DNA from: an uncultured Bacteroidaceae bacterium
Lineage (GTDB): Bacteria > Bacillota > Clostridia > Christensenellales > CAG-917
Assembly: GCA_964604875.1 (NCBI GenBank)
Contig: CAZSAC010000004.1
Coordinates: 1-55,974, forward strand
Length of the DNA: 55,974 bases
Direction: 5' to 3'
Each line of letters starts with the position of its first letter. The stretch's first letter is position 1. Below the pieces are notes generated by a model that was not told the DNA's origin, made no database searches, and saw only the letters and a list, made by a program, of their open reading frames with translations. Positions 39,092 through 48,185 of this stretch are shown here, piece by piece. A program made the translations under genes and the position numbers.

Positions 39092-40711
39092 ATGGAAAAG
39101 AAAAAATTGTTAGTAACAGGTGCTTCCGGCAATATGGGAAGCGAGGTTTTGAAGCAATGTATGGAAACCGGCCGTATTCAAGGCATAGTTTTGCTTCGTA
39201 AGAAACCTGCAAACGAGAAATTGGCTGAAAAGCTACAAGCAAAATGGGGCAAAGATTTGACGGTTATTTTTGGCGACTTGTCGAAATTTGATGATTGCGT
39301 TAAGGCAGTTGAGAAAGCCGATTACGTTTTCCACTGCGCAGCAGTTATTCCTCCTGTATCAGACCACAATCCCAAACTTGCAAACGGAACAAACTTTGTC
39401 GGCGCTAAAAACTTATGCGACGCTATCGCAGCTAATCCCCGTCACGACGAAATTAAATTCATCGAAATCGGCACAGTTGCAGAATACGGCAACCGTAACT
39501 TTAAACACGCTTGGGGTCGTGTAGGCGATCCGTTAATCGTATCGGCTTTCGACTTTTACGCTTGCACAAAGCTACGCGCTGAACGCCATATCATTGAAAG
39601 CGGCTTAAAATATTGGGTATCTTTACGTCAATCGGGTATCCTTTATGACAACTTTATGCTTAACAACCTAAACGATGGTTTGATGTTCCATACAGCTTGG
39701 AACTGTCCTATTGAGTGGGCTACCGCGCGTTCATCGGGCCTAATGGCAAAAAATCTTGTCATCGGCGATATGGACGGCACTTTACCTGAGGAATTCTGGC
39801 GCAGAGTTTACAACATCGGTAACGGCGAGAAAGCTCGTGTTACTGGCTATGAAACTTTCGACGCAGGCTTTGGTTTAATGGGCGCGCACGCTAAGGATTT
39901 ATATAAACCTAATTGGAACGTTGCTCGTAACTTCCACTGTATGTGGTATTATGACAGTGACGTATTAGACAGTTATTTACATTTCCAAGACAGTGAATCA
40001 TTCCAAGATTTCTGGGATAATCTGGGAAGCAAATTCTTCTACAAACTTTGGAAATTCGGCAAACCTTTCAAGGGCTTAATTCGTAAATTTGCAATCGAAC
40101 GTTTGTTCAAAAACAGCAATGGCCCGATGTTCTGGATTAACCACGACGATATGGAAGGCCGTATTAAGGCGTTCTATGGCAGCCGTGACGCTTTCAAAGC
40201 AATCCCCGACTGGGATAAATATCCGCTCCTCCACGAAGGCAATACCGAAGACGGCAAAATCAGCGAAGTTTTCCCACATATCAAAAACTTTGAAGAATTT
40301 AAAAAGAAGAAAAACGTTACCCGTGATATGCTTTTAAACCACGGCTTCGACGATACTAAACCCGATAGCGAAATCGACATCAACGACTGTATTTCCGCAG
40401 CTGAATTCAGAGGCGGCAAGTGCTTAAGCGATACAATGGTTAAGGGCGATATGTATACAAAATTAAAGTGGTCTTGCCACAACGGACACGAATTTGAGGC
40501 TTCTCCCTATTTGATTTTACGTACCGGACACTGGTGCCCTGAATGTTTCCAACCCGCTCCGTGGAACTTCGACGAGCTTGCAAAACACAGCCCGTTTATT
40601 GCGCAAATTTGGTATGACACACATTCTCCTGATGAGCATAACTATTTCGACGAAAATTGCTATAAAGATATGTTGAAATACGACGAAATGGAAAAGAAGA
40701 AAAAGAAGTAA
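39092..40711 (+). CDS. Extended SDR (NAD-dependent epimerase/dehydratase, 3beta-HSD-like) with C-terminal zinc ribbon
   Basis: TGASGNMG, HCAAVIPP, YACTK (YxxxK); C-terminal WSCHNGHEF...HWCPEC; start moved to ATG 39092. Confidence 0.82.
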   Translation: MEKKKLLVTGASGNMGSEVLKQCMETGRIQGIVLLRKKPANEKLAEKLQAKWGKDLTVIFGDLSKFDDCVKAVEKADYVFHCAAVIPPVSDHNPKLANGTNFVGAKNLCDAIAANPRHDEIKFIEIGTVAEYGNRNFKHAWGRVGDPLIVSAFDFYACTKLRAERHIIESGLKYWVSLRQSGILYDNFMLNNLNDGLMFHTAWNCPIEWATARSSGLMAKNLVIGDMDGTLPEEFWRRVYNIGNGEKARVTGYETFDAGFGLMGAHAKDLYKPNWNVARNFHCMWYYDSDVLDSYLHFQDSESFQDFWDNLGSKFFYKLWKFGKPFKGLIRKFAIERLFKNSNGPMFWINHDDMEGRIKAFYGSRDAFKAIPDWDKYPLLHEGNTEDGKISEVFPHIKNFEEFKKKKNVTRDMLLNHGFDDTKPDSEIDINDCISAAEFRGGKCLSDTMVKGDMYTKLKWSCHNGHEFEASPYLILRTGHWCPECFQPAPWNFDELAKHSPFIAQIWYDTHSPDEHNYFDENCYKDMLKYDEMEKKKKK

Positions 40712-40714
40712 AAA

Positions 40715-41308
40715 ATGCGCAACTTCGAAACAAAAAAAGAAAAAATACTTGACGCCGCCTTGCGCTTGATTGTCAAACACGGCTCGGCAAACATCACAAT
40801 TCGCGAGGTTGCCAAAGAGGCGGGCGTCAATATTGCCGCTATAAACTACTATTTTTCGTCTAAAGAGCAAATGCTTTTGGAGATGGAAAAGTTGTTTAGG
40901 GATAATTTTGACGAGGCTTTTACCACTTTGGATAGAGACGATATATTCGGAGAGGAAAAGTTGCTTGTTTGGTTGAACAGCGCGCTTGCCTACGCAGTTC
41001 ATTATCCCGGCATATTTATTCTTTTAAGAGAAAAATTGGTGCTTGGAGTCGATAATCCCGAAAATGCTGCCATGGCTGCTCAACTTATGTTTAGAGTCGG
41101 ACAACTGCGGTCGCTTTTTAACGAGGTTGTCGGCTTACCCGATGAGAGTATTGAGTTGTTTTCAATGTTCGCATCGACAATTATGTGGCAGTTTGTTATC
41201 TCGCCAATGGTTTTCGGTCTTGATGAAACTTATAAAGAATTTGAGGCTCGAGATAACTATTTTAAGTACGTGCTAAACTTTTTTAAAACAAAAAACAATG
41301 TAAAATAA
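40715..41308 (+). CDS. TetR/AcrR-family transcriptional regulator
   Basis: KEKILDAA...ITIREVAKEAGVNIAAINYYFSSKE helix-turn-helix. Confidence 0.93.
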   Translation: MRNFETKKEKILDAALRLIVKHGSANITIREVAKEAGVNIAAINYYFSSKEQMLLEMEKLFRDNFDEAFTTLDRDDIFGEEKLLVWLNSALAYAVHYPGIFILLREKLVLGVDNPENAAMAAQLMFRVGQLRSLFNEVVGLPDESIELFSMFASTIMWQFVISPMVFGLDETYKEFEARDNYFKYVLNFFKTKNNVK

Positions 41309-41325
41309 TATGGAGGGTTTTTATT

Positions 41326-42432
41326 ATGCTTAGAGATATCAAAAAGGTATTTATCTTTGGTGGCACAGGCTTTTTAGGCTATTATGCCGCTTTAGAGTTT
41401 TTACGCAAGGGCGTTGCTGTTGACACACTTGCATTACCTGTTAAAGACGATAAAGATTTGTCGGGAGTAGGCGATTGGTTCCCAAAGGAAGTCGGTTTAA
41501 AATACGGCAATCTTTTCGAAATGACAGAGGATGAGCTTGTAGAAGTTTTGAAGGGCTATGACGGAATGGTTTATGCGGTTGGTCCCGATGATCGTTTTGT
41601 TCCAAAGGCTCCCGCTTACGATTTCTTCAAAGAAAAGCTTATTACAAAGGTTATTCCCGTGTTCAACGCAGCAAGACGCGCAGGTGTAAAACACGCTGTT
41701 TTACTTAGCTCCTATTTCTGCTATTTTGATAGGACATATCCTGAACGCAAACTTTCCGAACACCATTCTTATATTCGTGTTCGTAACGAGCAAGCTAAGG
41801 CTTTGATCGAGTGCGGCAGTGAAGACACAATGAGCGTTAGCGTGCTTGAATTACCATACATATTCGGCGCTATGCCCGAGCGTATGCCTTTGTGGAAAGA
41901 AGTTTTCTTAGACAGGTTTGAAAAAATGCCCGCTTGTTTCTTCACAACCGGCGGAACTATTATGATTCACGTTACAGGTATTGCCGAATCCGTTGTTGCG
42001 GGTATGTTTAACGGAAAGCACGGCGTTCGTTATCCTATCGGAAACAAAAACGTTAAATTCACGGATATGTTCAAAATCATCAATGATGAAGCAGGCGTGA
42101 AGAAAAAGGTTTTGGTTGTTCCTACTTGGATGGCTGCTATGGGCGGCGGATTTATTGACAAGAAGTTCCATAAGGAAGGACGCGAAGGCGGACTAGACCA
42201 TAAGAAACTTATGTATGATATTCAAAGCAAATACTATTATTTCGATCCGAAACCCGTTTGGGAGCAGCTTGGCTATGACGAGTTAGGCTACAACGGCGGT
42301 TTAGGAATCATTGAAGGTATCCATGACACCGTTAAAAACTGCTATCCCGACCGTTACGACGCTCAAGGCAATTTGAAACCTGAATGGCAAATTCCTGAAG
42401 GCAAAAAGCAATACAAGGGACCGAAAATCTAA
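41326..42432 (+). CDS. Atypical/extended SDR oxidoreductase
   Basis: FGGTGFLG Rossmann motif; YIRVR (YxxxR) at the YxxxK position; LELPYIFG. Confidence 0.82.
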   Translation: MLRDIKKVFIFGGTGFLGYYAALEFLRKGVAVDTLALPVKDDKDLSGVGDWFPKEVGLKYGNLFEMTEDELVEVLKGYDGMVYAVGPDDRFVPKAPAYDFFKEKLITKVIPVFNAARRAGVKHAVLLSSYFCYFDRTYPERKLSEHHSYIRVRNEQAKALIECGSEDTMSVSVLELPYIFGAMPERMPLWKEVFLDRFEKMPACFFTTGGTIMIHVTGIAESVVAGMFNGKHGVRYPIGNKNVKFTDMFKIINDEAGVKKKVLVVPTWMAAMGGGFIDKKFHKEGREGGLDHKKLMYDIQSKYYYFDPKPVWEQLGYDELGYNGGLGIIEGIHDTVKNCYPDRYDAQGNLKPEWQIPEGKKQYKGPKI

Positions 42433-42449
42433 TTTTTAGAGTATATTTT

Positions 42450-42484
42450 AAACGGCAAACTTTTTTAGTTTGCCGTTTTGTTTT
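42450..42484 (+). terminator. Terminator of the SDR cluster
   Basis: aaacggcaaact...agtttgccgttt followed by T-rich tail. Confidence 0.85.
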
Positions 42485-42496
42485 ATATTAAACAAT

Positions 42497-42522
42497 AAAA
42501 AAAGCATTGTAAAAACAATGCC
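42497..42522 (-). terminator. Minus-strand terminator of the small acidic gene
   Basis: Reverse complement gcattgt-tttt-acaatgc-TTTTTTT. Confidence 0.7.
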
Positions 42523-42553
42523 AAATTAAATATAATATTAAATTAATCCAAAA

Positions 42554-42709
42554 CTACCAATTTTCGTTGTCGTCAATAGGCGCAACGGGCGCGGCAGAAA
42601 ATTTAAGCTCTTCCGAAGTTTCTTCTTTAGCAGTTTCAGAGTCGGTAGCCTCAAGGTTTATGTCTTCAAAAAAATTTGTAGACGATAAAATTTTAATTTC
42701 CTCCTCCAT
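42554..42709 (-). CDS. Small acidic protein (51 aa), unknown function
   Basis: GGAGGT RBS before ATG 42709; own promoter and terminator; MEEEIKIL...PIDDNENW. Confidence 0.7.
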   Translation of the reverse strand: MEEEIKILSSTNFFEDINLEATDSETAKEETSEELKFSAAPVAPIDDNENW

Positions 42710-42734
42710 ATACGCAACCTCCATTAATAAAAAA

Positions 42735-42763
42735 ATTATAACACACAAAAGCGCTTTTGTAAA
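42735..42763 (-). promoter_or_regulatory. sigmaA promoter with a perfect 16-bp palindrome in the spacer
   Basis: TTTACA-N17-TATAAT with TG extension; ACAAAAGCGCTTTTGT at 42745-42760. Confidence 0.65.
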
Positions 42764-42784
42764 TACTCTCCTAAAAAAAACTGT

Positions 42785-42829
42785 AAAAAAACGTCTTAAG
42801 ACTTAAAAAATAAGGCAAAAGACGTTTTT
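42785..42829 (-). terminator. Hairpin terminator downstream of the 48-aa gene
   Basis: aaaaacgtctt...aagacgttttt inverted repeat flanked by A/T runs. Confidence 0.6.
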
Positions 42830-42855
42830 AAACGCTTTATTTAAGGAAAAATTTC

Positions 42856-43002
42856 CTATAAATCGTCTGCGTCTTGAGTGGGCGTGTCAAACGGCGGGTT
42901 GGGCGACGCGCTATACATCCCCAAAGAATCGCACGGGGACGGCTTGGTAAACGCTTCTACAACCTTTAAAGCTTTAGACTTTCTGTTTTCTCTTTTTTTC
43001 AT
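42856..43002 (-). CDS. Small protein (48 aa) ending QDADDL; not in the ORF track; candidate forespore protein
   Basis: Manual translation MKKRENRKSKALKVVEAFTKPSPCDSLGMYSASPNPPFDTPTQDADDL*; GAGGT RBS; sigmaG-type promoter. Confidence 0.75.
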   Translation of the reverse strand: MKKRENRKSKALKVVEAFTKPSPCDSLGMYSASPNPPFDTPTQDADDL

Positions 43003-43018
43003 AAAATACCTCTATGTC

Positions 43019-43048
43019 TATTATGCGAAAACGAGGGACGATTTATGC
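43019..43048 (-). promoter_or_regulatory. Putative sigmaG promoter
   Basis: Minus strand GCATA-N18-CATAATA matches GHATR-N18-CATAHTA. Confidence 0.65.
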
Positions 43049-43174
43049 GGAAAATTAAAATTGATTTCCTTTTATGGTAGGAGAGTGAAATAACACCAAT
43101 ATACGTTTAAAACAAAAAAAATACAAAAAATTATGTAAATTGGTTAAAAAAGGTTAAAAACAATAAAAAAATAT

Positions 43175-43203
43175 TTGACAAGGCGTTTTTTTTATTGTAT
43201 CCT
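43175..43203 (+). promoter_or_regulatory. sigmaA promoter of the S10 operon
   Basis: TTGACA-N17-TATCCT with A-tract UP element upstream. Confidence 0.75.
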
Positions 43204-43209
43204 ATCAAA

Positions 43210-43372
43210 GCTGTCGCAATTTGGGATGATGCGGGAGGTTACCGAATTCTCGGAGAACTTTCGCGGACAAGGGTACTATGAAATTAGTGCGACTAACTCT
43301 TATATAGGCGGTGACGACCGCTTTTTATTAAGGAGACAGCACGACACACACGGCAAAGTGTAAATGAGTTAG
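43210..43372 (+). ncRNA. Structured S10 operon leader RNA (probable clostridial r-leader)
   Basis: Long 5' UTR; closing helix gctgtc(43210-15)/gacagc(43335-40); internal hairpins ccga-attc-tcgg and gcggt-gacg-accgc; ctaactc/gagttag complementarity. Confidence 0.6.
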
Positions 43373-43394
43373 GAATTTTTGGAGGTACAAACAA

Positions 43395-43703
43395 ATGGCA
43401 GGTCAAAAAATCAGAATCAAATTAAAGGCTTACGACCACTCTTTAATCGACGCATCGGCAGACAAAATCGTTGATACCGTAAAGCGTTCGGGCACAAAAG
43501 TTTCAGGTCCTATTCCCCTTCCCACAGAGAAGGAAATTATCACCATCTTACGCGCTCCGCACAAATATAAGGATAGCCGTGAGCAATTTGAATTAAGAAC
43601 GCATAAACGTTTAATCGACATCTACAATCCCTCGGCAAAGACGGTTGACAGCTTAATGAAGCTAGACCTTCCCGCCGGTGTAGATATCAGCATTAAACTA
43701 TAA
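43395..43703 (+). CDS. rpsJ: 30S ribosomal protein S10
   Basis: [25 protein letters not shown] motifs. Confidence 0.99.
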   Translation: MAGQKIRIKLKAYDHSLIDASADKIVDTVKRSGTKVSGPIPLPTEKEIITILRAPHKYKDSREQFELRTHKRLIDIYNPSAKTVDSLMKLDLPAGVDISIKL

Positions 43704-43732
43704 TATATTACACTCGGAGGTGAACTTTATCT

Positions 43733-44368
43733 ATGAATAAAGCAATCATTGGAAAGAAACTCGGAATGAGTCAAATTTTTGCCCCGGATGGAACAGTAAT
43801 ACCTGTAACGGTAGTTGAAGCGGGTCCATGTCCGGTAGTGCAAATTAAAACAGCTGAGAAAGACGGCTACGAGGCAATACAAATCGCTTTTGGTCAAATC
43901 AAAAAGAAAAATGTAAACAAGCCTATCGCCGGTCACTATAAGAAGGCTGAAGTTGAAGCAAAACGTTATTTAAAAGAGTTTAGGCTCTCTAACGTTGCCG
44001 ACTACAAAATCGGTGACGAAATAAAATGCTCGGTATTTGCCGAAGGCGACCACGTGGACGTAGTTGGTACTTCCAAGGGTCACGGTTATTCGGGCGTTAT
44101 ACAAAGATGGAACGCGCAACGTGTCGGCTCTATGTCGCACGGCACAGGTCCTATTCACAGAAGCGTAGGCTCTATGAGCGCAAACAGCAGCCCTTCTCGT
44201 GTTTTCAAAAACAAAAAGATGGCCGGTCAATGGGGTAGCGAACAAATCACCGTTCAAAACCTAATTGTAGCTAGAGTTGACGAAGCTCGCAATATTCTTC
44301 TTATTAAGGGTGGTATTCCCGGCGCGAAGGGTAGCGTTGTTTACGTTAAACAATCAATCAAAGGCTAA
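43733..44368 (+). CDS. rplC: 50S ribosomal protein L3
   Basis: GKKLGMSQ, GTSKGHG motifs; operon position. Confidence 0.99.
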   Translation: MNKAIIGKKLGMSQIFAPDGTVIPVTVVEAGPCPVVQIKTAEKDGYEAIQIAFGQIKKKNVNKPIAGHYKKAEVEAKRYLKEFRLSNVADYKIGDEIKCSVFAEGDHVDVVGTSKGHGYSGVIQRWNAQRVGSMSHGTGPIHRSVGSMSANSSPSRVFKNKKMAGQWGSEQITVQNLIVARVDEARNILLIKGGIPGAKGSVVYVKQSIKG

Positions 44369-44388
44369 TCGGAAAGGAGTAAGAAGTT

Positions 44389-45009
44389 ATGGAAGTTAAA
44401 GTATATAATACAGCCGGCAAAGAAGTCGGGAAAATGCAGTTGAATGACGAAATCTTCAACAGAGAATATAACGAGGCTCTTATCCATCAAGTTGTGGTAG
44501 CTCAGCTTGCCAACCTTCGTCAAGGTACAAAGTGCGCTTTGACCAGAAGCGAAGTTCGTGGCGGCGGTATCAAACCTTATCGTCAAAAAGGCACGGGTCG
44601 CGCTCGTCAAGGGTCTATCCGTTCACCACAATTTATTCATGGCGGAGTAGCATTCGCACCGAAGCCCCGTGATTTTTCAAAGAAAATCAATAAAATGGCA
44701 AAACGTTCGGCTTTACTTAGCGCGCTTTCTGAAAAGATTCGCAGCGAAGAGGTTACCATTGTTGATAAATTTGAAGTAAAAGAAGCAAAAACCAAAGAAG
44801 TTGTAGCAGCGCTTAAGGCTTTGAATTTGGCAAAATCCACTTTAGTGGTTTTGGCTGAAAACGATGAACTTGTTTTGCGCGCCGCAGGCAATATCCAAAA
44901 AGTTGCCGTTACAACAGCTTCATTATTGAACGTCTATGAAATCATTAAAAACGCAAATTGCCTGATTACAAAATCGGCAATAGAAAAAATCGAGGAGGCT
45001 AACGCATAA
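44389..45009 (+). CDS. rplD: 50S ribosomal protein L4
   Basis: RQGT, RQKGTGRARQGS motifs. Confidence 0.99.
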   Translation: MEVKVYNTAGKEVGKMQLNDEIFNREYNEALIHQVVVAQLANLRQGTKCALTRSEVRGGGIKPYRQKGTGRARQGSIRSPQFIHGGVAFAPKPRDFSKKINKMAKRSALLSALSEKIRSEEVTIVDKFEVKEAKTKEVVAALKALNLAKSTLVVLAENDELVLRAAGNIQKVAVTTASLLNVYEIIKNANCLITKSAIEKIEEANA

Positions 45010-45299
45010 TGACCGCTTACGATATCATTATTAAACCTATCCTCTCGGAAAAGAGCTATGACGGTATTGCGTCAAAACGGTATGTATTTAAGGTTTTACC
45101 TTCTGCAACCAAAACGCAAATCAAGCAAGCTGTTGAAGAAATCTTTGAGGTTAAAGTAGCAAAAGTAAACACAATAAATATTCAAGGCAAGATGAAGAGA
45201 ATGGGCAAAACGGAAGGTCGCAAGGCATCCTATAAGAAAGCCTATGTCCAGCTTACCGCAGAAAGCAAAGCAATCGAATTTTTCGAGAGTTTAGCTTAA
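45009..45299 (+). CDS. rplW: 50S ribosomal protein L23
   Basis: PILSEKS, ATKTQIKQAVE, YKKAYV motifs. Confidence 0.99.
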   Translation: MTAYDIIIKPILSEKSYDGIASKRYVFKVLPSATKTQIKQAVEEIFEVKVAKVNTINIQGKMKRMGKTEGRKASYKKAYVQLTAESKAIEFFESLA

Positions 45300-45314
45300 T
45301 AGGAGGAGTTAGTT

Positions 45315-46142
45315 ATGGCTATTAAAAAATATAAACCGACTTCACCCGCCCGTCGTTTCATGTCGGTACCGACATTTGAAGAAATTACGACAGACAAGCC
45401 CGAGCGTTCATTGCTGGTCAGCAAGAACAAAAGCGGCGGTCGTAACGCAACAGGTAGAATTACCGTTCGTCACATCGGCGGTGGCAACAGAGTCAAGTAT
45501 AGGGTAATCGACTTTAAGCGCAATAAGGATAATATCCCCGCAAAAGTTGTTTCCATTGAATATGATCCTAACCGTTCGGCAAATATTGCTTTGATTTGTT
45601 ACGCTGACGGCGAGAAGAAATACATTCTTGCTCCCCTAGGCTTAAACGCAGGCGATACCGTTGTCAGCGGACCTGAATCGGATATTGTTGTCGGCAACAG
45701 CCTACCATTGGAAAACATTCCCGTTGGTACTTTAATACACAATATCGAATTACAACCCGGCAAGGGCGGGCAAATCGCAAGAGCTGCCGGAAACGTTGCT
45801 CAGTTGATGGCTAAAGAAGGCAAATATGCGACAATCAGAATGCCAAGCGGTGAAATGAGATATGTATTGTTACGTTGTAAGGCTACAATCGGACAAATCG
45901 GCAACACCGACCACGAAATCGTATCCTTAGGCAAGGCGGGCAGAAAACGTCATATGGGCGTTCGTCCTACCGTCCGCGGCGTAGTTATGAACCCGTGCGA
46001 TCACCCTCATGGCGGTGGCGAAGGCAAATCTCCTATCGGTATGCCTTCACCTGTTACACCTTGGGGCAAGCCTGCACTCGGCTATAAGACTCGCAAGAAG
46101 AAGAACGTTAACGATAAGTTTATTATCAAGCGTATTAATTAG
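45315..46142 (+). CDS. rplB: 50S ribosomal protein L2
   Basis: [21 protein letters not shown] motifs. Confidence 0.99.
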   Translation: MAIKKYKPTSPARRFMSVPTFEEITTDKPERSLLVSKNKSGGRNATGRITVRHIGGGNRVKYRVIDFKRNKDNIPAKVVSIEYDPNRSANIALICYADGEKKYILAPLGLNAGDTVVSGPESDIVVGNSLPLENIPVGTLIHNIELQPGKGGQIARAAGNVAQLMAKEGKYATIRMPSGEMRYVLLRCKATIGQIGNTDHEIVSLGKAGRKRHMGVRPTVRGVVMNPCDHPHGGGEGKSPIGMPSPVTPWGKPALGYKTRKKKNVNDKFIIKRIN

Positions 46143-46153
46143 GAGGCTATTGT

Positions 46154-46432
46154 ATGAGCAGATCTATAAAAAAAGGCCCTTATGTTGAAGAAAGACTTAT
46201 GAGCAGAATCATCGCTATGAACCAAAGTGGCGAGCGCAAGCCTGTTAAAACTTGGTCCAGAGCGTCCACAATATTCCCCGAAATGGTCGGGCATACAATC
46301 GCTGTTCATGATGGAAGAAAACACGTACCCGTTTTCGTAACCGAGGAAATGATTGGCTGCAAATTGGGCGAATTCGCCCCTACCCGTACGTTTAAAGGTC
46401 ACGCAGGCGAGAAGAGCTCGGGCGGAAAATAG
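46154..46432 (+). CDS. rpsS: 30S ribosomal protein S19
   Basis: [23 protein letters not shown] motifs. Confidence 0.99.
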   Translation: MSRSIKKGPYVEERLMSRIIAMNQSGERKPVKTWSRASTIFPEMVGHTIAVHDGRKHVPVFVTEEMIGCKLGEFAPTRTFKGHAGEKSSGGK

Positions 46433-46442
46433 GAGGTAACTA

Positions 46443-46829
46443 ATGGCTACAAGAAGTAAACAAAAATCTTTGGCTCGCAAGGAAAACGCCGATAAGCGTC
46501 CCAGAGCCGTTGCAAAATATATCAGAATTTCTCCTTATAAGGTTAGAATCGTTCTTGATATTATCCGTGGCAAGAAATACACTGAGGCAGTCGCCATTTT
46601 GGAAAACACTCCGAAATCCGCAAGTCCGGTTATTTTAAAAGTGGTCAACTCCGCAGCCGCCAATGCCGAGAATAATTTAAATCTCAGCAAAAGCGATTTG
46701 TTCGTGGCAGAGTGTTTTGCAGACCAAGGTCCTATTCTTAAGCGTATTCAACCCCGCGCAAAGGGTAGAGCTTATAGGATTGACAAGCGCACAAGCCATA
46801 TTACCGTCGTTTTAGACACGGTTAAGTAG
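46443..46829 (+). CDS. rplV: 50S ribosomal protein L22
   Basis: [30 protein letters not shown] motifs. Confidence 0.99.
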   Translation: MATRSKQKSLARKENADKRPRAVAKYIRISPYKVRIVLDIIRGKKYTEAVAILENTPKSASPVILKVVNSAAANAENNLNLSKSDLFVAECFADQGPILKRIQPRAKGRAYRIDKRTSHITVVLDTVK

Positions 46830-46838
46830 GAGGACATT

Positions 46839-47498
46839 ATGGGTCAAAAAGTAAATTCACACGGATTAAGAGTAGGCATCATCAAAGACTGGGATACCAA
46901 ATGGTACGCAGACAAGAAAAACTTTTCTGTTAACCTCAAGCAAGATGACGATATTCGTAAGTTTATTAAGAAGAAATATTATAAAAACGCAATTTCCAAA
47001 ATTACGATTGAGCGCGCGGCAAGCAAGGTAATTATTAACATCTTTACCGCTCGTCCGGCAACATTGATTGGCAAACAAGGCGCAGGCGTTGAAGTTATTA
47101 AAAACGAAGTTCAAAAGTTCTGTCCCGACCGTCAGGTTAACCTCAATATTATGGAAGTTAGACGCCCCGATATGGATGCTCAACTCGTTGCAGAAAGGAT
47201 TGCAGAGCAACTTGAAGCTCGCGCATCATTCAGACGCAGTATGAAACAAGCTATGTCCAAAGCAATTTGGGCAGGCGCAAAGGGTGTTAAGACAATGGTT
47301 AGCGGTCGTTTAGACGGCGCAGAAATTGCAAGAAGTGAAAACTATCACGAGGGTTCTGTTCCTCTCCAAACATTGCGCGCAGATATTGATTACGGTTTTG
47401 CGCAAGCTCATACCACCTTTGGTGTTATCGGCGTTAAAGTTTGGATTTATAAGGGCGAAATCCTTGGCGGTATTCCCAAAGAAGGAGGTAACGCATAA
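46839..47498 (+). CDS. rpsC: 30S ribosomal protein S3
   Basis: [26 protein letters not shown] motifs. Confidence 0.99.
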   Translation: MGQKVNSHGLRVGIIKDWDTKWYADKKNFSVNLKQDDDIRKFIKKKYYKNAISKITIERAASKVIINIFTARPATLIGKQGAGVEVIKNEVQKFCPDRQVNLNIMEVRRPDMDAQLVAERIAEQLEARASFRRSMKQAMSKAIWAGAKGVKTMVSGRLDGAEIARSENYHEGSVPLQTLRADIDYGFAQAHTTFGVIGVKVWIYKGEILGGIPKEGGNA

Positions 47499-47935
47499 TG
47501 TTAATGCCTAAGAGAGTAAAAAGGCGCCGCGTCTTCCGTGGAAGAATGAAAGGCAAAGCCAACAAAGGTAACGTAATAGCATACGGCGAATATGGTTTGA
47601 TGGCTCTCGAGCCCTGCTGGATTACAAGCAATCAAATTGAAGCATCACGTGTAGCTATGACAAGATATATCAAACGTGGCGGACAAGTTTGGGTGGACAT
47701 TTTCCCTCACAAGCCGGTCACAAAGAAACCTGCCGAAACCCGTATGGGAAGCGGTAAAGGTTCTCCCGAGTATTGGGTAGCAGTCGTTAAGCCGGGCAGA
47801 ATTATGTTCGAAATGGCGGGTGTTGACGAAAGTATAGCAAGAGAGGCTCTTCGTCTTGCGGCAAACAAACTTCCAATTAAATGCAAGTTTGTCAAAAAAG
47901 CAGACGTTGAAAATTCAGAAGGCGGTGAAGCATAA
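47498..47935 (+). CDS. rplP: 50S ribosomal protein L16
   Basis: MLMPKR, RMGSGKG motifs. Confidence 0.99.
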   Translation: MLMPKRVKRRRVFRGRMKGKANKGNVIAYGEYGLMALEPCWITSNQIEASRVAMTRYIKRGGQVWVDIFPHKPVTKKPAETRMGSGKGSPEYWVAVVKPGRIMFEMAGVDESIAREALRLAANKLPIKCKFVKKADVENSEGGEA

Positions 47936-48174
47936 TGAAAACTGAAGTATTATACGGTAAAACAAACGCTGAACTGGAATTACAACTCAAAGATTTAAAA
48001 TCCGAGTTATTCCAACTTCGTTTCAAACACGCTACCAACCAACTTAATAACCCAATGGTGCTTGTCAACTGCAAGAAGGATATTGCAAGAGTCAAGACTG
48101 TTCTCCGCCAACGTGAGCTTAACATTGTTGTAGAGCCGCAAAAAGCCGAGAAGAAAACCAAAAAGGCTAAATAG
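47935..48174 (+). CDS. rpmC: 50S ribosomal protein L29
   Basis: [16 protein letters not shown] motifs; Lys-rich C-terminal tail. Confidence 0.98.
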   Translation: MKTEVLYGKTNAELELQLKDLKSELFQLRFKHATNQLNNPMVLVNCKKDIARVKTVLRQRELNIVVEPQKAEKKTKKAK

Positions 48175-48185
48175 GGAGACGATAT

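Noticed and set aside
42567-43363. Plus-strand ORFs 42567..42806, 42878..43093 and 43175..43363
   Set aside because: No convincing RBS; they overlap the better-supported minus-strand small genes or the S10 promoter and leader
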